Below are positions 29,905 through 40,539 of a stretch of DNA of 64,000 bases, piece after piece. Made by a program: the position numbers and the translations under genes. The notes under the pieces were generated by a model. The model was not told where the DNA came from, ran no database searches, and worked only from the letters and a program-made list of their open reading frames with translations. How positions within the stretch are numbered: position 1 is the first letter of the stretch; the number at the start of each line of letters is the position of its first letter. The DNA is from an uncultured virus (IMG/VR IMGVR_UViG_3300011240_000038) (Duplodnaviria > Heunggongvirae > Uroviricota > Caudoviricetes), in IMG/VR virus record IMGVR_UViG_3300011240_000038; one strand, given 5' to 3'.

Positions 29905-30874
29905 TAGTACAGTTTTATATAAAAAGTTAATGGAAGAAGCTCAGAAGAAGAAGCTCAAGTTAAATTCTGATAGTATAAGGAAATTAAATAAGTTGTATGA
30001 AAGCACACTAGAATCTGTTATAAGAAAGGCAGGTAGTGCTAGAGGTGGTTTCACTAAAACATGGTTAAAAGATTATGAAAAGTTTCTTAGAATTAAAATG
30101 AATGAGCTAAACGAGCAATTAGTAAGATTAACAAAAGATACAATTAAAACTTCGTCACAAATAGCATCTAGTGTAGAGGGGGACTTTTTAACTCATATAG
30201 ATAATAAGTATGATTTAGATATTCCAATAGAATTAATTGATTTTGCTTATAGTATTAATAATGATGCAATCTTAAACATAATCAATGGTGGATTTTACAA
30301 GGACAATAAGAGTCTATCAGACCGTATATGGGGATATGGAGATAAAAACATATCAGATATACAATACATTTTAAATAAAGGCATGATGGAACAGAAATCA
30401 TATTTAGAGATTGTAAAAGACTTAGAGAAATATGTTAATCCTACTGCTAAAAAGGATTTTAACTGGAAGAGAGTATATCCTGGGGTTAATAAGAATGTTG
30501 ATTATAATGCTCAAAGACTTTTAAGAACTTCTATGAATCATTCATTTTTTAATAGTAATATTTCTAATTGGAATGGAAATCCTTATGTTGAAGCTATACA
30601 TTGGGAGTTATCATCTCAGCATTATTCAAGACAAATAAAAGCATTTGGTCCTGATGTATGTGATGATTACGCTAATCAAGATGATTATGGCTTAGGTCAA
30701 GGGAACTTTCCTAAAGATAGAGTACCGATACCACATCCAAATTGTATGTGCATAATTTATGCTGTAATTCCTAAATCTTTAGATGAAGTAGGTAGAGAGC
30801 TTAGACAATGGTTAAATGGTGGTAGTAATTCAATATTGGATGGTTGGTATAGTAATTATAAAGAGGTGGGGTAA
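29897..30874 (+). CDS. Minor capsid / head morphogenesis protein (MuF-like)
   Basis: LSDRIW, AQRLLRT, HPNCMC. Confidence 0.85.
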   Translation: MSDSTVLYKKLMEEAQKKKLKLNSDSIRKLNKLYESTLESVIRKAGSARGGFTKTWLKDYEKFLRIKMNELNEQLVRLTKDTIKTSSQIASSVEGDFLTHIDNKYDLDIPIELIDFAYSINNDAILNIINGGFYKDNKSLSDRIWGYGDKNISDIQYILNKGMMEQKSYLEIVKDLEKYVNPTAKKDFNWKRVYPGVNKNVDYNAQRLLRTSMNHSFFNSNISNWNGNPYVEAIHWELSSQHYSRQIKAFGPDVCDDYANQDDYGLGQGNFPKDRVPIPHPNCMCIIYAVIPKSLDEVGRELRQWLNGGSNSILDGWYSNYKEVG

Positions 30875-30877
30875 AGT

Positions 30878-31219
30878 ATGAACAATAGTAAAACTAGGGT
30901 AACTAATATGAATGTAGTGTGTGATAAATGCAAACATGAATTTAAAGTTAAACCCAATAGAATTAAAACTAAGTATATTACTGATGATGTAGAGAAGATG
31001 TACTTTAAATGTCCTAAGTGCAAAGAAGAATACATTGTTGGATATAGAGATAGTGAAGTAAGGGACAACATTGAACGTATAGTAGCTATCGTAGATGAAA
31101 TAAATCAGAATAGGGTTAAATATACCCTTCAAGCAATTGAAAGTCTACAGAAGGAATATGGAGAGCTTAAGGATAGAAACATGGAATTAAGTAATAGGTA
31201 TAAAGCTTTATTTAAATAA
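30878..31219 (+). CDS. Zinc-ribbon hypothetical protein
   Basis: CDKC..CPKC. Confidence 0.65.
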   Translation: MNNSKTRVTNMNVVCDKCKHEFKVKPNRIKTKYITDDVEKMYFKCPKCKEEYIVGYRDSEVRDNIERIVAIVDEINQNRVKYTLQAIESLQKEYGELKDRNMELSNRYKALFK

Positions 31220-31388
31220 TAAGGCTTATTTTTACTTGTAGGAGGTTTTCTATGAAATGGTTAATTAAAAAGTTAAAGCAAGTGTTTGGAATTAAAAGCC
31301 ATGAACATAAAATAGTTTATCAAAAGGGCTATGGGTATAGATGCAAACACTGTGGAAAAACTAAAAGCGAAGTTGTGGAGGGTAAATA

Positions 31389-31757
31389 ATGAATATACCA
31401 AACAAAGTTAGAATTGGTAGTGCAGATTACGAGGTCAAACAAGAGGATAAAACTATCACAATAAATTCAGCACAATGTAAAGGTATGATAGATTATGAAT
31501 ACCATGAAATTAAAATTGATACGAGTATTCAAGATAAACAAGGAATGGAACAGACATTTTTACATGAATTAGTCCATGGGATAGTAAGGGAAAGAAGCTT
31601 AGATTTACAGAATAGTGATGATGAAACTATTGTGGATGAAATTGCAATGGGATTACATCAAGTTATTAGGGATAATATAGAAATTTTCAGTAGTAGTGTT
31701 AAGCTTAATTTTTCAACTTCAGCAATAACACTATTAGGTAACAGGGAGAATGAATAA
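31389..31757 (+). CDS. HExxH-containing phage protein
   Basis: MNIPNKVRIG, QTFLHELVHG. Confidence 0.7.
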   Translation: MNIPNKVRIGSADYEVKQEDKTITINSAQCKGMIDYEYHEIKIDTSIQDKQGMEQTFLHELVHGIVRERSLDLQNSDDETIVDEIAMGLHQVIRDNIEIFSSSVKLNFSTSAITLLGNRENE

Positions 31758-31779
31758 TTAAATCTTAGAAATAAAGGGG

Positions 31780-32097
31780 ATGTATAAGATGGATATAAAG
31801 AGTAATAGGGAAGGTTCGAAATGGATTGAAATAACAAAAGTTTTATTTTTATGGAGAACGCATCCTAAAGCTAGGTCGCAGTTTATAGCATGGAAAGCAC
31901 CAGGTATTAAAAAACTCTATGCATTGCAAAATTGTAGATTTAGAATACACAAAGGAGCGAATTTTGAGCCTTGGAGCATTAAAAATTTAAGGGTATTTAT
32001 TAGGCTACCATTTTTCTATTGGGATAAACATAATAGTGGTTGGGAGTTTGGATTACCTAATTTATATTTATGGTGGCACGTAGCAAGAACTCATTAA
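31780..32097 (+). CDS. Hypothetical Trp-rich protein
   Basis: ORF track; start possibly at the second Met. Confidence 0.5.
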   Translation: MYKMDIKSNREGSKWIEITKVLFLWRTHPKARSQFIAWKAPGIKKLYALQNCRFRIHKGANFEPWSIKNLRVFIRLPFFYWDKHNSGWEFGLPNLYLWWHVARTH

Positions 32098-32234
32098 GCT
32101 TTAGGAATAAGGCTTTTTATTTTCGCCTTTTTTAGTTGTTAAGTAGGCGGTAAAGAACTTAAGAACAACTCTATTCGTGGTTCACTTGCACGGTAAAAAG
32201 TGAAATTAGAGATTAATTAGGAGGAATACACACT

Positions 32235-32852
32235 ATGCCAAACTTAAAAGAAATTATTGGAGAAGAATTATATAAGCAAATACCTGAGGACACTAAGAAA
32301 AAGTATAAAGATGCTAATTTAGAAGATGTGTCAAATGGTGCTTATGTTACTAAAGAAAGATTTAACCAGGTAAATACAGAAGCTAAAGATTATAAGCAAC
32401 AAGTAGCTGAAAGGGATAAGCAAATTACTAGCTTGAAAGATGAATTTAAAGATGCAACAGGATTAAAAGAAAAGGTAGAGAAACTTGAAGCTGATAATAA
32501 GAAGAAAGATGATGATTACCAATCTCAACTTAAACAGTTGCAATTTGATAATGCATTAAATCAAGCACTTAAGGATAACAATCCTAAGAATGTTAAGGCA
32601 TTAAAAGCAATGCTTGAATTAGACAAAGTAAAACTTGATGGTGATACATTATTAGGTTTAGATGACCAAATAAAGTCCATTAAAAAAGAACATGACTATT
32701 TATTTGAAAAAGAGATAAAGGGCACAGGTAGTTTTGTAACTGGCGGCAAAGGTGATGGAACAGACCCAGCACCAGTAAATTTTGCAACTAACTTAGGTAA
32801 ACAAAAAGCTGAACGATCAAAAGCAAAAGGTATTACTGATTTTATTAAATAA
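32235..32852 (+). CDS. Capsid scaffolding protein
   Basis: YVTKERF, KNVKALKAML, GLDDQI..IK....YLF. Confidence 0.88.
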   Translation: MPNLKEIIGEELYKQIPEDTKKKYKDANLEDVSNGAYVTKERFNQVNTEAKDYKQQVAERDKQITSLKDEFKDATGLKEKVEKLEADNKKKDDDYQSQLKQLQFDNALNQALKDNNPKNVKALKAMLELDKVKLDGDTLLGLDDQIKSIKKEHDYLFEKEIKGTGSFVTGGKGDGTDPAPVNFATNLGKQKAERSKAKGITDFIK

Positions 32853-32874
32853 GAAATAATAGGAGGAATTGTTT

Positions 32875-33237
32875 ATGAAACAAAGTTCATATCAAATAGG
32901 AGTAACTCAAAAGGATATTAGAGCATTAGCAGGAGACCATTATGTAAATGTACCTATAAAGGTTACAAAAACAAATGTTACTGCAAGTTTAGTCAATGGA
33001 GTGTTGGAAGCTGGCACATTAATTACTGCAGGCGGAAAAACAGTAACATCAACTAGCAGTACTACTGACGTTTATGGAATTGTATTTGCTGATGTAGACT
33101 TTAATAACTCTAAAGGAACAGAGGTAGTTCCAGTAATGATACATGGTTTTGTTAATACTGCAAAGATAAAGCTAAATTCTACAACAGAAGTTTCAGCAGT
33201 AGAAAAAGCTAAGTTAAACATGATCGCATTTTTATAA
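32875..33237 (+). CDS. Head decoration protein
   Basis: Between scaffold and capsid; AGT.I, YGIVF.DV, HGFV. Confidence 0.7.
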   Translation: MKQSSYQIGVTQKDIRALAGDHYVNVPIKVTKTNVTASLVNGVLEAGTLITAGGKTVTSTSSTTDVYGIVFADVDFNNSKGTEVVPVMIHGFVNTAKIKLNSTTEVSAVEKAKLNMIAFL

Positions 33238-33265
33238 TTATAAGATAATATAGGAGGAATAACAC

Positions 33266-34321
33266 ATGGAATTAAAAGATTTTATAAACAGTGCTAATAT
33301 AGCATTATACATGAAGGAATTACCACAGGAAGAAAGCATAGATAAAGCTTTATTCCCTGTTAAAAAACAGATGGGAACAGAAATTGAGTTAGCTAAAGGA
33401 GCTAAAAAGAAAGCGGTAGCATTAAGAATGTCACAATTAGATGTAGCTGCTAAAGTTAGAGCATTAAATGCTACTTTAAGTGTAGAAAAAAGAGAATTAC
33501 CATTTTTCAAAGAAGCTATAGGAATTAATGAAACTACTAGAAGAGATTTAGTTAATGCTGCTAATTCTAACAACCAAAACTTAGTTGAAGCTCTTACTAA
33601 ACAAGTTTTTGAGAACTATGAAAACTTAGTTGAGGGTGCTAATATACAAGCAAAGAGAATGAGAGCATCTCTAATTCAAAATGGTGAGATAAACATAACT
33701 ACTGATGATGGTGATATCGTAGTAGATTATGGAGTCCCAGCTAATCACAAAGTTACAGTTCTAAGTTCAGATATGTGGAATGTACCAGCTGCAGATATAA
33801 TTGGGGATATAAAGAAATATCAAAAGGCAATTACAGATGATCATTACACAAAACCTACCATACTTTTATTAACTGAATCTACATTTGATGCTACATTCTT
33901 AGTGAATACTGCAATAATTAATCACTTAAAAGGTGGAGAAAGCACTAAGAATATGATTTTATCGCAAGCTGATTTCATTAATTTTGCTAAAGAAAGACTA
34001 GGAATATCTGTAGTATTCTTAGAAGAAAGTACTTATATACCAGCAGAAGGTGCTTCAGAACAACCTTACTATGAGAATGGTAAGATAACTCTTATGAGTG
34101 GTACTACATTAGGTAATACTGTGTATGGTGCAACACCTGAGGAGTGGGATAAGCTCTATGGTGGAGGTAAATTAGATACTTCACTTGTTAACAATGCCAT
34201 TGCAATAACTGTTATGGTAAAGGAAGATCCAGTATCTGTAGATACTAAAGTTTCTCAAATGGTACTTCCTAGCTTTGAAAGAGCTGACGAAGTATTCTTT
34301 GCTAAAGTTTATACAGTATAG
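33266..34321 (+). CDS. Major capsid protein (lambda E-like family)
   Basis: LFP, LPFFKE, VDYGVP, GNTVYG.TPEE, LPSF. Confidence 0.9.
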   Translation: MELKDFINSANIALYMKELPQEESIDKALFPVKKQMGTEIELAKGAKKKAVALRMSQLDVAAKVRALNATLSVEKRELPFFKEAIGINETTRRDLVNAANSNNQNLVEALTKQVFENYENLVEGANIQAKRMRASLIQNGEINITTDDGDIVVDYGVPANHKVTVLSSDMWNVPAADIIGDIKKYQKAITDDHYTKPTILLLTESTFDATFLVNTAIINHLKGGESTKNMILSQADFINFAKERLGISVVFLEESTYIPAEGASEQPYYENGKITLMSGTTLGNTVYGATPEEWDKLYGGGKLDTSLVNNAIAITVMVKEDPVSVDTKVSQMVLPSFERADEVFFAKVYTV

Positions 34322-34381
34322 AGGGAGAGAGAAATCTCTTCTTCTTTTATTTTATTTTTGAAAGGCAGGTAATTATAAATT

Positions 34382-34594
34382 ATGGCTAGTAAATATATTA
34401 ATGTAAAATCATTGATAAATGTACAATATAATAAAAAAATATACAAAGTTAACTCAGTGATAAAAATGAAGGAAACTGATTATGTAAAATTGAAGGATAA
34501 AGGAATAGTTGAACTATTAGAAAATGAACCAGATGAAAAGCCAAATGAAGAATTAGATGAAGAACCTGGTGAAGAAAATCCTAAAGAAGAATAG
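34382..34594 (+). CDS. Small head-associated protein
   Basis: Synteny after the capsid gene; acidic tail. Confidence 0.6.
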   Translation: MASKYINVKSLINVQYNKKIYKVNSVIKMKETDYVKLKDKGIVELLENEPDEKPNEELDEEPGEENPKEE

Positions 34595-34602
34595 GTGGTA
34601 AA

Positions 34603-34908
34603 GTGGATAATTTAGAATTATTAAAAATATTATTGCAAGAAAAAAAGTACCCTTATTTTGATGATACAGAATTACAGGTACTTTTAGAGTCTAATGATAA
34701 TGATGTTTATCTAACCGCTTCAAAATTAGCATTAATGAAAGCGAATGGTGATAAGAGTATAAAAGTAGGGCCAATAACAATAGAAGGACCAGGTGCAGAG
34801 TATTGGATTAATTTATCTAATCATTATAATGAAACTTCAAAAAATAATAATAGTTCTATTGTATCGAGCGGATATAAAACTACGATGGCAAGGTGTGATG
34901 GTCAATGA
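34603..34908 (+). CDS. Head-tail connector
   Basis: LQE..YPYF.D.EL; synteny. Confidence 0.7.
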   Translation: MDNLELLKILLQEKKYPYFDDTELQVLLESNDNDVYLTASKLALMKANGDKSIKVGPITIEGPGAEYWINLSNHYNETSKNNNSSIVSSGYKTTMARCDGQ

Positions 34909-35279
34909 GCATAAATAAGCAATATTTAAGAACCAAAGTAGCTGAAGCTATTAAGCAAATGCCTTATGACGTAGTTATTTACAGAGAAAAATTAAATGCT
35001 TACAAAGAGCCTGAAGGATATATTAAAGTAACTGAATTAGTAGGTATGCTTTATAAGGATTCTGATAGAAATATTCAAATCAATTTAAGTGATAAAGGAG
35101 AAGTTAATACACCTATAAATAAGAAGTTCTTAGTAGATTACAATGATAAATCTATATTAGTTCAGGAAGGGGATTTCTTATTTTGGGGAAATAAATGTTG
35201 GGAGATAATTTCACTTGGAGAAGAATTTGAAATTTACTTTGAAATGGTGGTAAAAGAGCATGAGTGGTTTGAAGTTTGA
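34905..35279 (+). CDS. Head closure protein
   Basis: Synteny. Confidence 0.6.
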   Translation: MSINKQYLRTKVAEAIKQMPYDVVIYREKLNAYKEPEGYIKVTELVGMLYKDSDRNIQINLSDKGEVNTPINKKFLVDYNDKSILVQEGDFLFWGNKCWEIISLGEEFEIYFEMVVKEHEWFEV

Positions 35280-35607
35280 TATTAGTGGTATAACAAAAGG
35301 TTTATTAGAATTTGATGCTAAAGCTAAGGCAGTATCTAAGATTTATGCAGAAACTGCTGGAGAGAAAATGGTCGGATATGCAAAACCAAATGCACCATGG
35401 ACAGATAGAACAGGTAACTCTAGGCAGACAATAGATAAAAATATAGTCACAGGCGCAAACACTACACAAATACAACTTAGAGGTAATACGCCACATTTTA
35501 AATATTTGGAGCTATGTCATGAGAAAAAAAATGCAATATTATGGCCAACAATCCAAAGATATTCTACTGAAATTCTCAAGGGATGGGCAAAACTAATATG
35601 GAAGTGA
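35260..35607 (+). CDS. HK97 gp10-like neck protein
   Basis: APWTDRTG, YLEL.H. Confidence 0.75.
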   Translation: MSGLKFDISGITKGLLEFDAKAKAVSKIYAETAGEKMVGYAKPNAPWTDRTGNSRQTIDKNIVTGANTTQIQLRGNTPHFKYLELCHEKKNAILWPTIQRYSTEILKGWAKLIWK

Positions 35608-35611
35608 TTAA

Positions 35612-35953
35612 ATGTTAATCAAATTATATGATTTTCTATATAGTAAAAGTGTTAATGTGTATTTCATAGGTCAGCATAGTGGTATATGTGAAAAAAACTA
35701 TGTAGTAATTAAAGATGGTGGTATATCAAGTTTGAACGGTAAGGCTGGGGATAAATATCTAGACCTTATTTTTTTTATACCTCAAAATAGATTCACTTCT
35801 ATTGAAGCATATAGAAAAACTATTATGAGTTATGTTAAGGAGTTTGGAAAATTAAGATATACAGGTAATGAAACATCAATAGTTACGGATGATGAAAAGA
35901 AAGCATTAACATTTTCTATAACTTATAAGATTCAAATGAAATTGGAGGGATAA
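35612..35953 (+). CDS. Tail terminator/completion protein
   Basis: Synteny before the tail tube gene. Confidence 0.6.
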   Translation: MLIKLYDFLYSKSVNVYFIGQHSGICEKNYVVIKDGGISSLNGKAGDKYLDLIFFIPQNRFTSIEAYRKTIMSYVKEFGKLRYTGNETSIVTDDEKKALTFSITYKIQMKLEG

Positions 35954-35958
35954 TTATT

Positions 35959-36528
35959 ATGGCAGGAACACAATTAGAAGATAAGGTAATTTGTAATATA
36001 GAGCTAGTAGAAATAATAACCGGTGAAGAAGTGCCTAAAACATATTATTTTGATACTGCAGATGAAGCAGTTTATTCACCGGATATATCTGAAGGAAATG
36101 AGGATATAAAAAGAATTAAAAATAGGATAGTAGCAGTTAACAAAACTGAGGATATCCAATATGGTTCATCTATAACACTTAAAGATACATGTTTCCAACC
36201 AGAAGTACTAGCAATAGTAGATGGAGGGACAATAAAAGGTACTACCGGAAGTGTAACAGGATATTCAGCGCCTAAGAATGGTGAAGTTGTAAAAAGAATA
36301 CCATTTACTTTGAATTTATATACTGCTGAAAAAGGTACAGAGGGAGAAGTAATTACTTATGCTAAATTCTCTTATCCAAGCTGCAAGGGTACACCAGCTA
36401 AGTTCTCATTTAAGGATGGAGAATATATGACACCTGAATATACTATAGTTTCAAGACCAGGTAAAGGGAAAGCACCGTACGACATAGATTTTGTTGAAGC
36501 ATTACCAAACACTACAACTACACCGTAA
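35959..36528 (+). CDS. Major tail (tube) protein
   Basis: Synteny and size; no sheath gene present. Confidence 0.75.
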   Translation: MAGTQLEDKVICNIELVEIITGEEVPKTYYFDTADEAVYSPDISEGNEDIKRIKNRIVAVNKTEDIQYGSSITLKDTCFQPEVLAIVDGGTIKGTTGSVTGYSAPKNGEVVKRIPFTLNLYTAEKGTEGEVITYAKFSYPSCKGTPAKFSFKDGEYMTPEYTIVSRPGKGKAPYDIDFVEALPNTTTTP

Positions 36529-36545
36529 AAGAGAGGATGATTTAA

Positions 36546-36953
36546 ATGGAATTAACAAGTTTAGATAAATTAAAAGAAATTTCTAAAGGTCAAATAGTTA
36601 AATTAACAGGGTTTGATGAAGAGCCATTTGTAGCTAGGTTGAAAAGACCTAGCTTTTTAAATATGGTTAGCAATGGAACAATCCCAAATGAATTATTAAA
36701 TGCAGCTTATATAGTTTTTAATGGAGCAAAAACAAGCAAAGATGTAGTTTCTATGAAAGAAGCTAATGAGCTTTATAGATTAGTTGCTAAATCCGCACTA
36801 GCTGAGCCTACACTAGCGCAATTAGAAGAAATAGGACTTGAGCTAACAGATGAACAATTGATAGAGATATTTAATTTTACTCAATTGGGGGTAAAAGCAC
36901 TTAGATCCTTTCGTGATGAGCAAGAACGTACTAAGAGTAATAAGAGTAAGTAA
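36546..36953 (+). CDS. Tail assembly chaperone (G)
   Basis: RLKRPS, G.IPNEL, LTDEQL; precedes the tape measure gene. Confidence 0.75.
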   Translation: MELTSLDKLKEISKGQIVKLTGFDEEPFVARLKRPSFLNMVSNGTIPNELLNAAYIVFNGAKTSKDVVSMKEANELYRLVAKSALAEPTLAQLEEIGLELTDEQLIEIFNFTQLGVKALRSFRDEQERTKSNKSK

Positions 36954-37206
36954 AAAATATAATCAAAGACCTAGCGAGGTAATAGGAATCAAAGATGATA
37001 CTTACCTCGCTTTTTGTTTTGATGAAGCATGTGAGTATATTATGTCACATAAGAAAGTTAGATACGACACCAAAGGCAAAGGTGAAGAATATTGGGAGCC
37101 AAAACCTAAATGGATAGATGAAGTAAAAGAAAAGAAAACAAATAATACGGATTTAATAAAAGAGATGAAAGCCAATTTAGAAAAACATAAACAAGGGGGT
37201 AAATAA
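36913..37206 (+). CDS. Tail assembly chaperone extension (T), probably reached by +1 frameshift
   Basis: Overlaps G in the +1 frame at TCC TTT CGT; RPSEV.GI.D.YLAFCFDEAC; no RBS at normal spacing. Confidence 0.65.
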   Translation: MMSKNVLRVIRVSKKYNQRPSEVIGIKDDTYLAFCFDEACEYIMSHKKVRYDTKGKGEEYWEPKPKWIDEVKEKKTNNTDLIKEMKANLEKHKQGGK

Positions 37207-37209
37207 TTA

Positions 37210-40200
37210 ATGAGTGTAAATATAGGTAGTGCAGTCGGATATTTAACCCTTGATAGAAGCCCTTTTACAGCCGGATTAATGAGTGCTGGAAGGGATTTAG
37301 ATACTTTTCTTAATAGAACTAAAAGTGGTAATGAGAGAATACGAGCTTTAGGAAGTACAATGACTACTGTGGGTAGTACAGTTACTAAAACAGTTACCGT
37401 ACCATTATTAGGAGTTGGAGCCGCTGCTACTATGACTGCTGCTAACTTTCAAGAAGGGATGTCCAAAGTACAAGCAATAAGTGGTGCTACTGCTAGTGAT
37501 ATGGAATTACTAAGTTCTAAAGCTAAAGAGATGGGAGCTAAGACTAAATTTAGTGCAAATGAAGCAAGTGAAGCTTTAAGTTATATGGCCATGGCAGGAT
37601 GGAAAACTACTGATATGTTAGATGGCTTAGAAGGAATAATGGATTTAGCTGCTGCTAGTGGAGAAGATTTAGGATTAGTAAGTGATATAGTTACAGATGC
37701 TTTAACTGCATTTGGACTTCAAGCTAAAGATAGTGCACATTTTGCAGATGTATTAGCTATGGCAAGTAATGCATCTAATACAGGTGTAAGCATGTTAGGA
37801 GAATCATTCAAGTATTTTGGACCAGTAGCAGGAGCTATGAAATATTCAATTGAAGATACAGCTATAGCTATGGGTATAATGGCCAATAGTGGAGTTAAAG
37901 CTAGTCAAGCGGGTACTGCATTAAGAGCGGCTTTAGCATCACTATTAAAACCAAGTGACCCAGTATTTTCAGCTATGGAAAAGTATAATATATCTCTAAC
38001 CAGAGCAGATGGAAGTACTAAATCTTTGAATGAAGTAATGTTAATGTTGAGAGAAAATTTAGGAGGGTTAGATGAAGCTGAAAAAGCAGCTGCAGCATCC
38101 ACTTTATTTGGAACAGAAGCTATGTCTGGTATGCTAGCTATAGTAAATGCTAGTGAGGGAGACTATAATAAATTAGCTCAATCTATAAATAATGCTGAAG
38201 GAACTACTAAATCTATGGCAGCTACAATGCAAGATAATTTAAAAGGCTCTATAACTAAAATAAAAAGTGCATTAGAAGGAGCTGCAATAAGCGTAGGTGA
38301 AAGGTTAATACCTATGATTGATAATCTTGCAGATAAGGTACAAGATGTAGTTGATTGGTTTAATAGCCTTGATGATGCTACAAAAGATAATATAGTAAGA
38401 CAAGGATTATTTGTTGCAGCAGCAGGTCCGACACTTATGATTTTAGGAAAATTAACTAGTGGGATAGGAAAAGGTGTTTTTACTGTAGGTAAATTAACCA
38501 GTGGCATAATTAAAATGAGCACAGCTACAGGAAAAGCAAATCTTATTGCATCATTGACTGCAAAAGGTGGTATTGGACAACTAGCCGCATCCTTCATAGG
38601 GTTAAATCCAGTAACAATAGCAGTAGGAGCTGGAATAGTAGCTTTGGGAGCTGGAATGTATATTTCTAAGAAAAATTCAGATTTACTTAACAAGTCAATT
38701 TTATACACTACTGATGAAATGAGTGGACTAGAAAGAACTTTAAGTAAATTGAATGGTACCCAAGCCAAAAGTAAAGATGAGTTAATAGAAATGGGACTAA
38801 TATATAAAGACTTTAATGATAATATTAGTCCGGAATTTCAAGAGCAAGTAAAAAAATCAGCTAAAGAATTGAATGATTTTTCTTTATTTTTAGGTGAAAT
38901 AAATATAGATAAAGCAATAACAGAAGATGAAAGTGCTGAATTTAATAATAAGGTAGGTTCTATGTGCGATAGAGCAATAGAAACAATAAAATCTAAACAA
39001 GAAGAAAGTACAAATGCATTAAAAGAAGTTTTTGCGAGTGATAAAGTACTAGATAGATCAGAAAAAATTGTACTAGCATATTTCGAAAGAACAGCAGAAG
39101 TTAGCGTAAAAGAAGTGACAAGTCTAGAAAATGAAATTTATAACATTAAAGCTAAAGCATTAGAAGAAAAGAGAGAATTAAATGAAGCTGAAATAGTAGA
39201 TATACAAACTAAGCTAGATAGAATAAGCCAATTAGAGTTAGAAGCTTTAGGCTCTAATCAGGAAGAAATTGCTTATGCTAAAAATGAATTTATAGCTAGA
39301 GTGAATTCTATAGATTTACAAGGTGCTTCAGACTTAATGAAAGAGAAAGGCAAACTTAGAGATGAAGAAGTAATTCAGATAAGAGCTCACTATGATGCTA
39401 AAATTGATCTATTAAAAGCTGATTTAAACGATATGAGTGAGACTGAAAGAAATGCAGCTTTAGAGACTATTACTAATATGGAAACTGAAAGAGATAAAAA
39501 AATTGCAATAGAACAGGGCTTGTATGATGAATTTTTAAGAATTATAGGTGAAAAGAATCCAGAAATATTAGAACAAATAAATCGTTACAATGGTGAAATA
39601 CTAGCAGAAGGAGATAAGAGGTGCAGAGATCAACTTAATGCAGAATTAGCAAAGTATGATGAATTAAATAAAATAACAGAAGATGGGNNNNNNNNNNTTT
39701 ATAGCGTGTATAATAATACTACAAAAACATTGGATCATATTCAGGTCAAGACTGATGCAACAACAGGAGAAATCATTGCAATGGGAAAAGTTGTAAGTGA
39801 TGAATATGGAACTCGAGTAACTGAAATTACCGGTTATTCAGATGAATATATAAAAAAGCTACAAGAAGAAAGTTCACAAGCATATTTCACTCGTAATGCA
39901 ATAAGGGAAGCTTTAGCAGACCAATCTAAAATAACTTATGATTGGAAAAGTAATACTATGAGTTATTGTAGTTCTGTTATAGGTAAATTTCAAGATGTAA
40001 CTGAAGAGATTGATGGAACTAAGACAGGAATTATAGATTTAAACGGAACTCCTGTAAAAATTATTGTAGATAAAAATGGTGCTATTAAAAATATCAATGA
40101 TATTCAGAACACTATTAATAATGTACAGGGAAAGACTGTTTATCTTACTGTTAAAGAACAGAGATGGAATGCTAGTGCAAGTAGTGGTATTGATTATGCA

Positions 40201-40539
40201 ACAGGTACTACAAATGCTTTAAGTGGTTATAAGTGGGTAGGAGAACATGGACCGGAGCTTGTTAGATTAGAAGGTGGAGAAAGAATATACAATACTGTGG
40301 AAAGTCAAAGAATTGCAAACTCTATGAATGATGCTCCTGAAAATAAAAATAGTTATATAAATATAGCCATAGATAAAATGAATAGAATAAGTGAAAAACT
40401 AAATGATCTATTAAGTACAGAATCGACAATAGAAATGAGAAATTCTATAGAACTTGATGGTAAGGAAGTCGGTGCTGCTATAACACCAATAGTAAGTAAT
40501 AAGTTCGCAATAGCGAGTATGAAGGGGAGGAAAAGATAA
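37210..40539 (+). CDS. Tape measure protein (TP901 family); contains a 10-N assembly gap
   Basis: MGAKTKFSA.EA, LAAASGEDL, MQDNL.G; C-terminal YATGT..VGEHGPEL. Confidence 0.9.
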   Translation: MSVNIGSAVGYLTLDRSPFTAGLMSAGRDLDTFLNRTKSGNERIRALGSTMTTVGSTVTKTVTVPLLGVGAAATMTAANFQEGMSKVQAISGATASDMELLSSKAKEMGAKTKFSANEASEALSYMAMAGWKTTDMLDGLEGIMDLAAASGEDLGLVSDIVTDALTAFGLQAKDSAHFADVLAMASNASNTGVSMLGESFKYFGPVAGAMKYSIEDTAIAMGIMANSGVKASQAGTALRAALASLLKPSDPVFSAMEKYNISLTRADGSTKSLNEVMLMLRENLGGLDEAEKAAAASTLFGTEAMSGMLAIVNASEGDYNKLAQSINNAEGTTKSMAATMQDNLKGSITKIKSALEGAAISVGERLIPMIDNLADKVQDVVDWFNSLDDATKDNIVRQGLFVAAAGPTLMILGKLTSGIGKGVFTVGKLTSGIIKMSTATGKANLIASLTAKGGIGQLAASFIGLNPVTIAVGAGIVALGAGMYISKKNSDLLNKSILYTTDEMSGLERTLSKLNGTQAKSKDELIEMGLIYKDFNDNISPEFQEQVKKSAKELNDFSLFLGEINIDKAITEDESAEFNNKVGSMCDRAIETIKSKQEESTNALKEVFASDKVLDRSEKIVLAYFERTAEVSVKEVTSLENEIYNIKAKALEEKRELNEAEIVDIQTKLDRISQLELEALGSNQEEIAYAKNEFIARVNSIDLQGASDLMKEKGKLRDEEVIQIRAHYDAKIDLLKADLNDMSETERNAALETITNMETERDKKIAIEQGLYDEFLRIIGEKNPEILEQINRYNGEILAEGDKRCRDQLNAELAKYDELNKITEDGXXXXYSVYNNTTKTLDHIQVKTDATTGEIIAMGKVVSDEYGTRVTEITGYSDEYIKKLQEESSQAYFTRNAIREALADQSKITYDWKSNTMSYCSSVIGKFQDVTEEIDGTKTGIIDLNGTPVKIIVDKNGAIKNINDIQNTINNVQGKTVYLTVKEQRWNASASSGIDYATGTTNALSGYKWVGEHGPELVRLEGGERIYNTVESQRIANSMNDAPENKNSYINIAIDKMNRISEKLNDLLSTESTIEMRNSIELDGKEVGAAITPIVSNKFAIASMKGRKR

